From: Cyanobacteriota bacterium
GTDB taxonomy: Bacteria > Cyanobacteriota > Cyanobacteriia > PCC-6307 > Cyanobiaceae
Reading direction: 5' to 3'
DNA: 64,000 bases
NCBI GenBank assembly: GCA_046052125.1
Contig: JBJOMY010000003.1
Coordinates: forward strand, 1 to 64,000
The notes below the pieces were generated by a model, which was not told where the DNA came from, searched no databases, and worked only from the letters and a program-made list of their open reading frames with translations. A program made the position numbers and the translations under genes. Positions 38,468 through 48,114 of the stretch are shown here, in pieces (positions within the stretch are counted from its first letter, which is position 1; each line of letters starts with the position of its first letter).

Positions 38468-39640
38468 ATGGGTTCAGCCAAACACCGCCAACAACCAGCC
38501 CGTCATCTCCCAGGCCGGGGTCCAACACCGGCCAGCACCAATGATCAAGACCGCGAACTCCTGCAGTTCAACGTGCGTCTGGCCAAGGCCCGCCAGGCCC
38601 AGGCCGACACCAACCGGATCGAACGCAAGGCCTTCCGCGAGCACGCCCGCGTGGAGAACGCCGTTGCCGCATACACCCGTGAGCTGTGCGCTCTGCTTGA
38701 TGAGCATGGGTTCACCAAGAACATCAAGCTCGCCCCCATCCCGGAGGGTGGCGATTCGGTGTTGATCGTGCAGCTCAGTGATCTGCACTTCAACGAGCGC
38801 GTTGAACTCCCTTCCAACCGGTACAACTTCACCGTCGCCGCGCAACGGTTGCGCAAGCTCGCCCAGCGAGTGAAGCAACTGGGCGCAAGCTATGGCGCCC
38901 GCAAGGTGGTGGTGGCCTGTCTGGGGGATTTCCTCAACAGCGATCGCCGCCTCGATGAGCTGCTCAGCAACAGCACCAACCGCTCCCGCGCCACGCTCTT
39001 GGCGGTGGACATCCTGCGGGCCTTTCTGCTCGATCTACGTGAACAGTTCCAGGTCGAGGTGTACGGCATCACGGGCAATGAAAGCCGCGTGAACAAAGAG
39101 CTCGGCTGGAGTGATGAGCTGGCCACCGACAGCTACGACCTGATGATCTACGAGATCCTCAAGCGCGGCTTTGCCGGCACAGGTGGCATCGCCTTTTGCG
39201 GCTTCCGGGCCAATGAGCTGTTGTTTGAGGTGATGGGCCGAACGTTCCTGTGCCTGCACGGCCACCAGATCGGAGCGAACGTGCAGAAGTCCGTGCAGGA
39301 AATCGCCGGAAAGTACGCCGCCCAAGGCATCACGGTGGACTACACGCTGTTCGGCCACCTGCACGCCAGCGCCATCGGCGACTACCACGCCCGCAATGCC
39401 TCGCTGGTGGGCAGCAACGCGTACTCCGAGGCGGGACTGAACTTCTGCAGCAAGGCGGCCCAGAACGTTCACATCGTGACCGGTGCGAAAGGCACGGGCG
39501 CCATTGATGGCGTGAAGGTCGACCTGCAGGACGTCACTGGCATTGAGTCCTATCCCTTTGCCGCCGAATGGGAGGCCTATTGCCCCAAGAGCGAACGCAA
39601 ACTCCACACCCCTTCTGTCGTTTATCAGGTTGTCGTCTGA
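38468..39640 (+). CDS. Calcineurin-like metallophosphoesterase (phage type)
   Basis: SDLH, LGD, GNE, HGH, GHLH motifs. Confidence 0.85.
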   Translation: MGSAKHRQQPARHLPGRGPTPASTNDQDRELLQFNVRLAKARQAQADTNRIERKAFREHARVENAVAAYTRELCALLDEHGFTKNIKLAPIPEGGDSVLIVQLSDLHFNERVELPSNRYNFTVAAQRLRKLAQRVKQLGASYGARKVVVACLGDFLNSDRRLDELLSNSTNRSRATLLAVDILRAFLLDLREQFQVEVYGITGNESRVNKELGWSDELATDSYDLMIYEILKRGFAGTGGIAFCGFRANELLFEVMGRTFLCLHGHQIGANVQKSVQEIAGKYAAQGITVDYTLFGHLHASAIGDYHARNASLVGSNAYSEAGLNFCSKAAQNVHIVTGAKGTGAIDGVKVDLQDVTGIESYPFAAEWEAYCPKSERKLHTPSVVYQVVV

Positions 39641-40005
39641 TGTGCACCTCCACTTCCAGCTGCAGTGTCAATCAAGCCGCTGAGCTCCAAAGCGCCCTGC
39701 TCCAGGCGATCACAGGCCTCACCCAACTGGTGAGCCAACTTTCAAGCCAGTTCCCCATCAGCCAAACCGCCATTCCGGCAGCAGAGCCCTGGATGGAGGA
39801 GCAGGGCGCCGCTGGAGCGAAAACCCATTCACCGCGCTGCGTGCCCAACCTCAGCCCCCTCTGGGATGAGCTTTCAGTCGTGGAGCTCCGCTCCCTTCTA
39901 CGGAGCTACCCGATCGATCGCACCTCCCTGCCCGCTGCCATCGAACGTCTGCGCCGCTCCGAACTCATCGAAGCCCTCAACCAGATCCAGGCAATGACCC
40001 TCTGA
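39640..40005 (+). CDS. Hypothetical protein
   Basis: Start overlaps upstream stop. Confidence 0.6.
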   Translation: MCTSTSSCSVNQAAELQSALLQAITGLTQLVSQLSSQFPISQTAIPAAEPWMEEQGAAGAKTHSPRCVPNLSPLWDELSVVELRSLLRSYPIDRTSLPAAIERLRRSELIEALNQIQAMTL

Positions 40006-40049
40006 GGCGCCTGGCGCCCTCGTCACTCCATACCCAGTCATTCACGCCT

Positions 40050-40529
40050 ATGACCGCAACCCTCGCCACCACCACCAATCCCGCCGCCCTTGGCGAACCC
40101 ACCCCCGGATCCCCGGAAGCTCTTTTGCTCCTGGCCAACGCTGGAGTGCTCCCCGCCAGTGCCGGCACAGAAGACCCACGCTTTTCCGCTGACGCCATCA
40201 CCAGCTGCGTCTCCCGCCTGCTCGAGGTGAAGCAACAACAGGAGCTCCTCGCCAATGAGCAGAAAGAACTGAACGAACAGCTGCGCCTGGCTCATCTGCG
40301 CGGTGATCTACTCACCCTCCTGCCCGCCGGTAAAGACGGCAACGGTTACCAGATCACCCCAGATCTCGTGCTCAACCGCCGCCCTGGCCGCAAGCAGTGG
40401 AGCTACTCGATTGATTGCAAAGCGATCGAATGCCAGCTGAAGGCGCGGCAGAGCTACGAACAGCAGAGCGGCCTGGCCAGCTACAGCGTGGGGGCGGCGT
40501 TCTGGGAGGTGCGGGCTGGGAAGGGCTGA
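40050..40529 (+). CDS. Hypothetical coiled-coil protein, homolog of 60896-61270
   Basis: Shared K.QQ.EL, PGR..(W/Y), IE.QLKA, FW.(V/I)RA pattern. Confidence 0.7.
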   Translation: MTATLATTTNPAALGEPTPGSPEALLLLANAGVLPASAGTEDPRFSADAITSCVSRLLEVKQQQELLANEQKELNEQLRLAHLRGDLLTLLPAGKDGNGYQITPDLVLNRRPGRKQWSYSIDCKAIECQLKARQSYEQQSGLASYSVGAAFWEVRAGKG

Positions 40530-40556
40530 GAGGCGCTCAGCCATCCCGACACCACA

Positions 40557-40586
40557 AGAGCCCTGGGTCACGGCCCGGGGCTTTTT
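40557..40586 (+). terminator. Intrinsic terminator
   Basis: AGAGCCCTGGGTC-AC-GGCCCGGGGCTTTTT. Confidence 0.7.
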
Positions 40587-40658
40587 GCTGCAACCCAACA
40601 GCGCCGGGACAGAGGTCAACTTGCCTATGGCTAGGACACAGGCAAGTACTCCAAAGCC

Positions 40659-40820
40659 ATGGGCCTGCTCTACGAACTCATCGTCGACACCGAGGACGGC
40701 ACCACCACCGTTCAAGTGGAAGCCAACAGCAAGGAAGAAGCTCTCGAGAGTGCTCAGGAGCTTTACCCCGGTTGCCGACTGGCGCTTGTGAAGCCTGCAG
40801 CAGGGGAGCAAAAGGTCTGA
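40659..40820 (+). CDS. 53-aa small protein (not in ORF track)
   Basis: MGLLYELIVDTEDGTTTVQVEANSKEEALESAQELYPGCRLALVKPAAGEQKV. Confidence 0.6.
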   Translation: MGLLYELIVDTEDGTTTVQVEANSKEEALESAQELYPGCRLALVKPAAGEQKV

Positions 40821-41004
40821 GTCATGAAGGCCCGATCAATCACCGCAAAGCAGTACCCGAGGGTCATTGGTGAATCCGGTTGGAATCGAACTGGCGTGAC
40901 AGTGGTCGATTTCAAGGATGGGAGCTGTCAGCAGTTCTCCGCACTTCAAACGAAAAACAGCCACGCCATGATCAGCAGTAAGAGCAAACCCTGCTGTTGT
41001 GTTG

Positions 41005-41793
41005 ATGAGCCCCAACCCACCTGTGCTGTTTGTGGGACATGGTTCACCGATGTTTGCCCTCGAACCTGGTGCAGCTGGTGAAGCCCTCGTCGCGCTTGGC
41101 AAGGAACTGCCTATTCAACGGGCGGTGCTTGTGATCAGCCCGCACTGGGAGACGAGCATTCCCACCGTCAGCACAGCTTCGCGGCTGGAGACGATTCACG
41201 ATTTCGGCGGATTTGATTCCCGTCTGTACGAGATGAACTACGCCGCGAGCGGAAGCCCTCACGCGGCGCAGGAGGTGATCACAGCACTGCAGGCCGCTGG
41301 TTTGTCGGCTCTCGCTGATGACAGCAGGGGCTTAGATCACGGGGCATGGGTGCCTTTGCGCTACCTCTTCCCCACCCCCGAGGTGCCGATCGTGCCGTTA
41401 TCGATCCAACATCAGGCCGGCGCCCTGCATGCCTATCGGGTTGGGCAAGCACTGGCGTCCTTGAGGGACCAGGGTTGGTTGATCGTGGCCTCAGGAAACA
41501 TCACCCACAACCTCAGTGACTGGCGAGAGGCCTATCGGGGTGCAGCCCTGAACACCGACTACGCGCAGCGCTTTTCCGATTGGGTCCACCAGCAACTAAT
41601 CAACAAGCAGGTGGATGCTTTGCTCGCGTATCGCGAGAACCAGCCCGATGGCGAGCGTGCCCATCCCCGCGACGAACATCTGCTGCCCTTCTTCACAGCT
41701 CTGGGAGCTGCAGATTCTGACAGCCAAGTCACAGTGGTTCACCGCGGGATCAGAGACCACGTGATTGCAATGGACAGCTATATGTTTCATTGA
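41005..41793 (+). CDS. DODA/YgiD-type extradiol ring-cleavage dioxygenase (LigB family)
   Basis: LFVGHGSP, ISPHW, GLDHGAWVPL, SGNITHNL, AHPRDEHLLP. Confidence 0.92.
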   Translation: MSPNPPVLFVGHGSPMFALEPGAAGEALVALGKELPIQRAVLVISPHWETSIPTVSTASRLETIHDFGGFDSRLYEMNYAASGSPHAAQEVITALQAAGLSALADDSRGLDHGAWVPLRYLFPTPEVPIVPLSIQHQAGALHAYRVGQALASLRDQGWLIVASGNITHNLSDWREAYRGAALNTDYAQRFSDWVHQQLINKQVDALLAYRENQPDGERAHPRDEHLLPFFTALGAADSDSQVTVVHRGIRDHVIAMDSYMFH

Positions 41794-41819
41794 CTTCTTG
41801 CAGCCAACCTTGATGGCGA

Positions 41820-42527
41820 CTAAAGCAACTCAAAGAGCAATAGATCGGCACCCTCAGTCCCAGCCCTGAAAAGCTCAAGGGTGCCTGCACCGAAACCCAA
41901 ACCATCCCCTGGCCGCAGAGGATGGCCGTCGGCCTCACCACTGCCACCAATCATCTGGATCCAGCCTCGGCTGCCGCTAGCCAACGCCAGGCTGAGTGAT
42001 TGAGCGGCCGGAGGCTGAGCCCTCCAGAGCCGAGCCTGACTCTGAATGGCCATCGCACCATCTGCCTGATCCGGATCCAGCAAGAGCGTCCAACTGGCTC
42101 CAATGGAAAAGCGTTTCTGCTCATAGACCGGCTTGGAGCCCTTGCAGCTGGGTTCAATCCAGATCTGCAGGAGCCGACAAGGCTGATCGCTTTCATTGAT
42201 CTCGCTGTGCACCACACCGGTGCCTGCACTCACGCGTTGCACCTCACCAGCGGATAGCACCTCGGAGTGCCCCATCGAATCACGGTGCATGAGTTGGCCC
42301 TCGACCATCACCGTGACAATTTCCATGTCCTGATGAGGATGCATCCCGAAACCAGAGCCCGCTGCGATGGTGTCGTCATTGATCACCCGCAATGCCCCGA
42401 AGCCCATCCAGGCCGGATCGACATGGCCAGCGAAGGAAAAGCTGTGCCAGCTGTTGAGCCAGTCGAGCCTGCTGTGAAAGCGCTCGGCGGATGGACGGAA
42501 TACCAGGTCAGTGGCTGTGGCAGTCAT
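41820..42527 (-). CDS. Pirin family protein
   Basis: HSFSF, GFGMHPHQDMEI, AGTGVVHSE, LLQIWI. Confidence 0.93.
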   Translation of the reverse strand: MTATATDLVFRPSAERFHSRLDWLNSWHSFSFAGHVDPAWMGFGALRVINDDTIAAGSGFGMHPHQDMEIVTVMVEGQLMHRDSMGHSEVLSAGEVQRVSAGTGVVHSEINESDQPCRLLQIWIEPSCKGSKPVYEQKRFSIGASWTLLLDPDQADGAMAIQSQARLWRAQPPAAQSLSLALASGSRGWIQMIGGSGEADGHPLRPGDGLGFGAGTLELFRAGTEGADLLLFELL

Positions 42528-42585
42528 GGTTGAAGACCTTGAATGCAACGTGGCAGGTGATCAGTGCAGAGGGTTTGTTCAAGGA

Positions 42586-42855
42586 TCAAGCCCAAAATTT
42601 CCACCAGGAGCGCTTGGGAGTTGGAGCGGCATCGATCATGGTGTGGCTGCCATCGCAGAAAGGACCGTTGCCCGACGCACCGCAATTGCACAGATAGACG
42701 GTCTTAGCGGCCTCCAGCTTGAGGATGTGCGGTGTGGCGTCCGTTCCCTGGTGACTGCCGTCGCAGTAGGGACCGTTCTTGCTCAGGCCGCAGGTGCAGA
42801 GGGCATGGTTGCCAGCGGGCAGATTGTGGACGGCAGGATGGGATGGTGTGCTCAT
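42586..42855 (-). CDS. CDGSH iron-sulfur domain protein (two motifs)
   Basis: CTCGLSKNGPYCDGSH and CNCGASGNGPFCDGSH. Confidence 0.93.
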   Translation of the reverse strand: MSTPSHPAVHNLPAGNHALCTCGLSKNGPYCDGSHQGTDATPHILKLEAAKTVYLCNCGASGNGPFCDGSHTMIDAAPTPKRSWWKFWA

Positions 42856-42963
42856 CGGTACGCAGGCTTGGTGGACGCGATTGGCGCCCTGCAATCGTGC
42901 GCTGGGGGCCTGCAGCTCCACAAGAGCGCACTTCAAAGTGGGTTGGTGACTAGGAGGTAACCC

Positions 42964-43317
42964 ATGAACCAGGGCAACGGTTTCCAGGACACGCTTGAGC
43001 ACGGCAACTGCAAGGCGGAACTGGCTCTGCGGGTGATCCAGGGGCGCTGGAAACTCCTGATCCTGCGGGAGCTCATCGAAGGAGTGCGGCGCTTCTCCGA
43101 TCTGCAGCGTGCCCTGGCAGACGTTCAGCAGGGTGTCAGTCAGAAGGTGCTCACCGCTCAGCTGCGGGAGCTGGAGGCTGATGGTGTGGTGGTACGCACG
43201 GTGTATCCCGAAGTGCCCCTACGGGTGGAGTACAGCCTCAGCGAGCTAGGACGTGAACTGGTGCCTGTTCTGGAGAGCCTCCACGCCTGGGGAGACAAGA
43301 TCCAGCCTGCGAGTTAG
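42964..43317 (+). CDS. HxlR-family winged-helix regulator
   Basis: GRWKLLIL, RFSDL, LRELEADG, RVEYSL. Confidence 0.93.
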   Translation: MNQGNGFQDTLEHGNCKAELALRVIQGRWKLLILRELIEGVRRFSDLQRALADVQQGVSQKVLTAQLRELEADGVVVRTVYPEVPLRVEYSLSELGRELVPVLESLHAWGDKIQPAS

Positions 43318-44227
43318 ACCAAGCTGTTGAAACTTCAGAAAGACGCAATTGGCTGCCATCAACCTTCAGTGTCACAGAAAATCTGATTTTGCATAGGTTC
43401 CAGAGAATGATCTTGGTTGGAACACATCCAATGCGGTCACCATGACTCCTCCTTAGCACATGTAATCAAAGGCACCATCGTGCGTATTCAAACGCTCAGC
43501 AGAAAGAGGGGATTGCAACCGCACATGGTCGCATTGCATCAAGCGCCGATCGCGCGATTAGCCCAGACTGACTGCGGTTCATTGCCACCGAATTCATGAT
43601 CCGCCTCCATGGTGATCGCAACAGCTTGATTGCCGCACTTTTACTTCATTGGAGTGAGCATCAGATTGGCCTACCGCTGTCGCGAGAGGATGTGATGCCA
43701 AAACGAAAAGACCATCGGCTCAGTACCAGTCAGCGCCATTGACCGGGCTGCTCAAGTACATCTCTACAAAGACAGGTATCAGCCATTGGCGCCCAACCAA
43801 AAACCCCCGAGCAGCGCCCGAGGGTCATCGATCAATCACGAACATTCCAATGGCTTGTGGTCGTTGAAGCTGCTGGCGGTGGCACCTGGGGCCGAACGTT
43901 CCAGGTGTGGGGTGGTTGGTTCTCCTGGGGCACCTGAGGTGGTGCAAACGGAGTGTCGATCAGTCAGGCGCACGAGGTGAGAACCAGCCCAAAGGCTGTT
44001 CTCCTGCCCGGCTGAACGACCCGCCCACGGTTGGGTGAAGACTGTTGGAGCAGGGGCCTGCAGTCAGCGTTGCTTCTGTTGCTGCTGGGGTGGGGTATCG
44101 GCCATCGGTGGCTCCTCCCCGGGTTGATGGGTACAGCATCGCCACTCCCCAAGGGTCAGGGCAATCGGGATTTACACGCATTGCCTTGCCCGATGAACAG
44201 GAGCAACGTGGTTGATTTGGCCCTTTT

Positions 44228-44533
44228 TCAGCGCCAAAGCACCATCTGCGGCGGCTGCGGTGGTCGCCATTGCGGGGAGCAGGGTGTCCAGCCCTCAGTG
44301 CGGCGTTGGCGCCACAGCTCAACGGCCTTCTCACGGCTCAGCTGTTGGCGCCGTTTGAGCAACGGCGCGGCTTGATCCCTCAGCCACTCACCGCTGGTCA
44401 CCTCCAGCTCCTGCTGCCAGCGATGCCAGATCACCGGCTTGAAATGCAGCACCCGGCGGCCATCAGTGAGCCAGGCCTCAGCTGGGCAGGACGGGATGCG
44501 CTGCCCTTGTCCCTGCCCGTTGGGCACCCACAT
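44228..44533 (-). CDS. DUF1651-like protein
   Basis: WL.DG..VLHFKP, PLLKRR..L....A..LW.....GW....PQW. Confidence 0.7.
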   Translation of the reverse strand: MWVPNGQGQGQRIPSCPAEAWLTDGRRVLHFKPVIWHRWQQELEVTSGEWLRDQAAPLLKRRQQLSREKAVELWRQRRTEGWTPCSPQWRPPQPPQMVLWR

Positions 44534-44546
44534 GCTTCTGCCCGCC

Positions 44547-44840
44547 TCAGCCCACCTCCGGCGCCCAGCCCCGCTGACGAGCCATGTCATCAGTCCAGCC
44601 CTGGCAGCGGCGGATCAGATGCTCACCCTGGGCGATCAGGCCCTGGTGCAGCTGACAGGTGAGCAGAGGAATGCAATGCGGCCCGGCGTGATGGCGAAAC
44701 CAGTGGCAGGTCATGCAGACCTTGCGGCTGCGGCTGGGGCGCAGCACGTCCTGCTCGAGATAAGGCCAGGCCTCGCAGTCACCTGCAGCCTCAACCGCGG
44801 CAGCCACAGAGCGATCCGAGCTTGAACGGGAGAGCACCAT
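44547..44840 (-). CDS. Small Cys/His-rich protein
   Basis: CMTCHWF...TCQLHQGLIAQGEHL..RC; LexA box upstream. Confidence 0.75.
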   Translation of the reverse strand: MVLSRSSSDRSVAAAVEAAGDCEAWPYLEQDVLRPSRSRKVCMTCHWFRHHAGPHCIPLLTCQLHQGLIAQGEHLIRRCQGWTDDMARQRGWAPEVG

Positions 44841-44859
44841 CACCAAAACCCCATGCATG

Positions 44860-44873
44860 CGTACACCTGTACT
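44860..44873. promoter_or_regulatory. Cyanobacterial LexA (SOS) box
   Basis: AGTACAGGTGTACG on minus strand fits RGTAC-NNND-GTWCB. Confidence 0.7.
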
Positions 44874-44920
44874 AGCAGGGATTGGGTTGGTTGGCGCGGG
44901 TATGCGGGGCCGTGATTTCC

Positions 44921-44958
44921 AAAAAGAGCCCCGGGCCATGGGCGCCCGGGGCTCTTTG
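44921..44958. terminator. Strong hairpin, possible bidirectional terminator
   Basis: AAAGAGCCCCGGGC-loop-GCCCGGGGCTCTTT. Confidence 0.55.
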
Positions 44959-44995
44959 CATCAGCGGGACCTTGGCTGCCCGCTTCTCCACGTTC

Positions 44996-45387
44996 ATGGC
45001 TCACACCCGCTGCCTTGTGCAAGAGCTGTTGGAACCCTTTGGGGCCTCACGCCAACTCCTTTGCTTCTCTTCTTTCAACGCATCACCACCTTCATCCGTT
45101 CACTGTTCAAGCGAGAGACCAATTGCTCCTCTGCACTGCGCGGCCTGCCTGACCAACAGGACCACGCCCTGGCTGCCTTTGAGCAGGGTGACTGGCTCGC
45201 TGAGCTGGAGCTCCTGCAGCTCGCCAACGCCCTGCAGCGCAGTGCCATCACCCGTGGCGGCTACGACGGCCGCGCGTTTGATCTGATGGTCGCCATCGCC
45301 GATGTGCTCGAGGCCGATCACGGCTGGAGTTTTGAGCAAGCCGATGGCTGGCTCGAGCGAATGGGGCTCTACGAACAGGAATTCTAA
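44996..45387 (+). CDS. Hypothetical protein, 5' end uncertain (possible frameshift)
   Basis: C-terminus AIADVLEADHGWSFEQADGWLERMGLYEQEF is conserved in the copy at 47263-47360. Confidence 0.55.
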
Positions 45388-46082
45388 AAAAGCAATGCAG
45401 AATGCTCCTTCCAGCTTCAAATCAACTGCGATTCAGTGTCAGTGGCATCAATGTGCACTCGAGAAGTGGGAGTAACGAGGCGATATGGGCTTATTCTGCT
45501 GCATGCCTGCATTCCTAACTGGCGATAACGTCGAACTAGTGAGAATGGGAGGAGAAAGCAACAGCATGATCACGCTGATCCAGAGAGCATTCCATGTGTT
45601 GCCATCGACTATGCTAATTCCCTATGTGATGTATGAGCATACGAGGAACATGTCTGCGCCTCATTTACCGTTAGGCCCAAGCGGAGAAAGGGGCGGCATC
45701 GCTCTCGAACGCACCACAGAAGACACGCGGATGAAGATCGCAATCAGGTTGCATGAATAGTCGACACACTGAAGTTCGGGCCCCGCAAGCCAGTCGGTGA
45801 CCTTGGGCTGCCAATCATGCATGTATGACTCGCCGCCTGTAGGACCTCAGGGGCTCTGAACGGTTTGGCAGCCCTGTAGACAGCGGCGAAAGCCGCTATC
45901 CGCACCTGCCGCATGTGTGAGCAAAGAGGACGGCCAGAACTGAATCTAGAATCAAAAGATACGATAAACCTAGTCAAGAATCGGGCTGGACCGCGCCAAT
46001 TGCTTGGGACGATCTAGCCCGATTTTATTCGAGTCAGCCTGTACAGGTAGAACTCATAACTACACTTAGGCGTCTGACTGCC

Positions 46083-46295
46083 TTACGCATTCTCGGCACG
46101 ACCTCCAGGCAAAGAGTCTTTGAGTGCATTCTCAATGAGGTATGCCGCGAGGTTGCTTAGAGAACGTCCTTCTCCGGTGCTTCGCTTCTCCAGCGAGCTA
46201 AAGACAGTAAATGGGATCGTGATCGTCAGACGCTTTGGTGCGCGCCTCTGGAAGTGGTGAGCTTGTCGAATGCTGTTGCTGTCGCCGTAGACCAC
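46083..46295 (-). CDS. Ribbon-helix-helix protein
   Basis: RLTITIP...EGRSLSNLAAYLIE. Confidence 0.7.
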   Translation of the reverse strand: MVYGDSNSIRQAHHFQRRAPKRLTITIPFTVFSSLEKRSTGEGRSLSNLAAYLIENALKDSLPGGRAENA

Positions 46296-46526
46296 GGGTG
46301 ACTCCTGTGGCGGACCTCTTCATTATCTCTTCCACTGCGACCGTAAGACAAGAAATGCGACCAGAAGGCGAAGGAGTCACGCGAATAATGTTGTTTTATT
46401 TTCGCTTCGAAAAATCAAATTCACCGCGCATCAAGATGGGACTTTGTGCGCAATAATCTGCTAGTAAGCGACTGATGAACCACTCAGTTCTGCAGGTCAG
46501 ATAGCATCGCGAATGGCTTGACAGTG

Positions 46527-46763
46527 TTACCGATCAGCCTGAAGTTCTCGGTCGAGCATTTCAAGGATAATTTCGTCTATCGACCGACCAGTTAGCGCAG
46601 CTTTTTGTTGAAGAACAGCAAGCAGTTCTCCAGGGAGGTTGATCTGAAGCTTTTGCGGCATCCGCTCGGGATCCAAGCGCCAATCGCTATCAGGCTGCTC
46701 CATTGTGATCCTTTTCGGATGTGGATGTTTCTGTGGCATCACAAATGACCAATCCGTAGGCAC
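46527..46763 (-). CDS. Ribbon-helix-helix protein
   Basis: KLQINLP...AALTGRSIDEIILEML; start probably near 46703. Confidence 0.6.
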   Translation of the reverse strand: MPTDWSFVMPQKHPHPKRITMEQPDSDWRLDPERMPQKLQINLPGELLAVLQQKAALTGRSIDEIILEMLDRELQADR

Positions 46764-46890
46764 CGATTGAATTTAGGTAATCCTTGATTGCGTCATCAAT
46801 GACTTCATTCAGGCGCTTGTGATCGCGTATCGAGACCAGGCGCAGGGCCATGTGATCCTTCTCGTCCAGTGCAATGGTCAGGCGTGGCAT
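46690..46890 (-). CDS. Ribbon-helix-helix protein
   Basis: MPRLTIALD...LNEVIDDAIKDYL. Confidence 0.65.
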   Translation of the reverse strand: MPRLTIALDEKDHMALRLVSIRDHKRLNEVIDDAIKDYLNSIGAYGLVICDATETSTSEKDHNGAA

Positions 46891-47380
46891 CGCACCGAGA
46901 TCTCAGACGGCAAGAGTTAATAAATGCTAGCCAGATCTTTGTGCATAGTTTCACTAATGCGGATCTGCACTCCAGTGCAGAGGCACTGCGCCGTCGTGGT
47001 GTTTGTTTTCTGGGACGAGGTGCCGCAGTGGCCCCCAAGAACACTCTGGTGAACGGAGGCCCCGGTCACGTGTGGTGAATCGACAGCAGATCTGTGGGGG
47101 CTATGAAGTCCATAGCGCACTCTCTGGCGGTTGCAGTTTTCACCCCCGTGTTGAGGTCTTCAGCCTCGATCGTGCTTCGGCCCTCCAGATGCCCACCGTT
47201 GTCGATGGTCAGCGGTCCGACGAGCCAAGGTGGTTAATCAGATTCCACCAATTGGCCGCTGTTCGCCATCGCCTACGTGCTCGAGGCTGATCACGGCTGG
47301 AGCGTTGAGCAATCCGATGCCTGGCTCGAGCGCATGGGGCTCTGGGAGGAGGAGTTCTGAGCAAGCGTTCTCCGCTGGGT

Positions 47381-47677
47381 TCAGCGAAGGCTTCTGCGCA
47401 CCGGCTGGCTCCGGTGCGTTTTTTGTGGCGTTTGTGCGCTCATATGGCTGGGCTCCAGTAGGTGCGCGGAGCGTGCCGTGGCCTCGCTCATCACCGCCTG
47501 GCACTGCTCCAGGTGGTACTGGACGGGTGAGTTGGGACTGGGGAACTTGCGGCGCCAGTGCTGACCAGGTTGAAACAGGCCGGACGCGCGCCAGCGGGCC
47601 AAGGTGCGCTCGCTGACCCCCAGCTGGTCGCGGGCCTCTCTGGCGGTGGCCCAGGCGCAATGACGGGTCGATTCCAT
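47381..47677 (-). CDS. Excisionase-like HTH protein
   Basis: TAREARDQLGVSERTLARWR.SG..PGQHW; beside right att. Confidence 0.75.
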   Translation of the reverse strand: MESTRHCAWATAREARDQLGVSERTLARWRASGLFQPGQHWRRKFPSPNSPVQYHLEQCQAVMSEATARSAHLLEPSHMSAQTPQKTHRSQPVRRSLR

Positions 47678-47833
47678 AGGCGGGATGCAGGTGTGCCCCC
47701 GAGGGGCTGGTCATGCATCCGATCGCGTGGATCCGATGCGTTGGAGGCTACCCGCGCTGCCCTGTCCAACCCTGTCCAGCCCCTTCCCGGCAGGTCCTGA
47801 TTTGGGGTCTATCGGGCCCCTTCGGGCGAGTTT

Positions 47834-47853
47834 TTGCGCACATCTTGCGCACA
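47834..47853 (+). repeat. Two TTGCGCACA repeats, putative arm sites
   Basis: Same motif as 14675-14705. Confidence 0.75.
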
Positions 47854-47917
47854 ATTGCCCAAAACAGGGCATGAAAAAGGGCTCTCAGAATCCCTGAGAA
47901 CCCTTGCGCTGGAATGG

Positions 47918-47960
47918 ATCGGGGCGACAGGATTCGAACCTGCGACCTAGTGCTCCCAAA
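47918..47960 (-). other. att site: 3' half of tRNA-Pro(UGG), boundary of elements 1 and 2
   Basis: Exact 43-bp copy of 14548-14590. Confidence 0.93.
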
Positions 47961-48091
47961 TCCGAAAATTGGCGTTTTGGGAAGACGGCGGCTGTTGCTA
48001 GCCTTCTGGCTGTAAACCCTTGCTGTCACTGGCTTTTGGGCTGCCAGCGCGTGCCTGGTTCTGCCCAGATTTGACCGGTTTTGGCAGGGGT

Positions 48092-48114
48092 CATCTCACA
48101 TGCCATCTCACATG
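48092..48114 (+). repeat. CATCTCACATG tandem repeat, putative arm sites of element 2
   Basis: CATCTCACATG-C-CATCTCACATG at integrase start. Confidence 0.55.

Larger units (their letters stand above)
14548..47960. mobile_element. Element 1: 33.4-kb tRNA-Pro-integrated replicative element without recognisable virion or conjugation genes
   Basis: 43-bp direct repeats, integrase at left end, Xis-like gene at right end, replication module. Confidence 0.9.

Noticed and set aside
43754..43770. Third LexA box (AGTACATCTCTAC)
   Set aside because: Second half-site deviates from consensus and no clear downstream gene
45290..47360. DGR template/variable repeat pair
   Set aside because: Mismatches are not confined to adenines and no reverse transcriptase is present in the window
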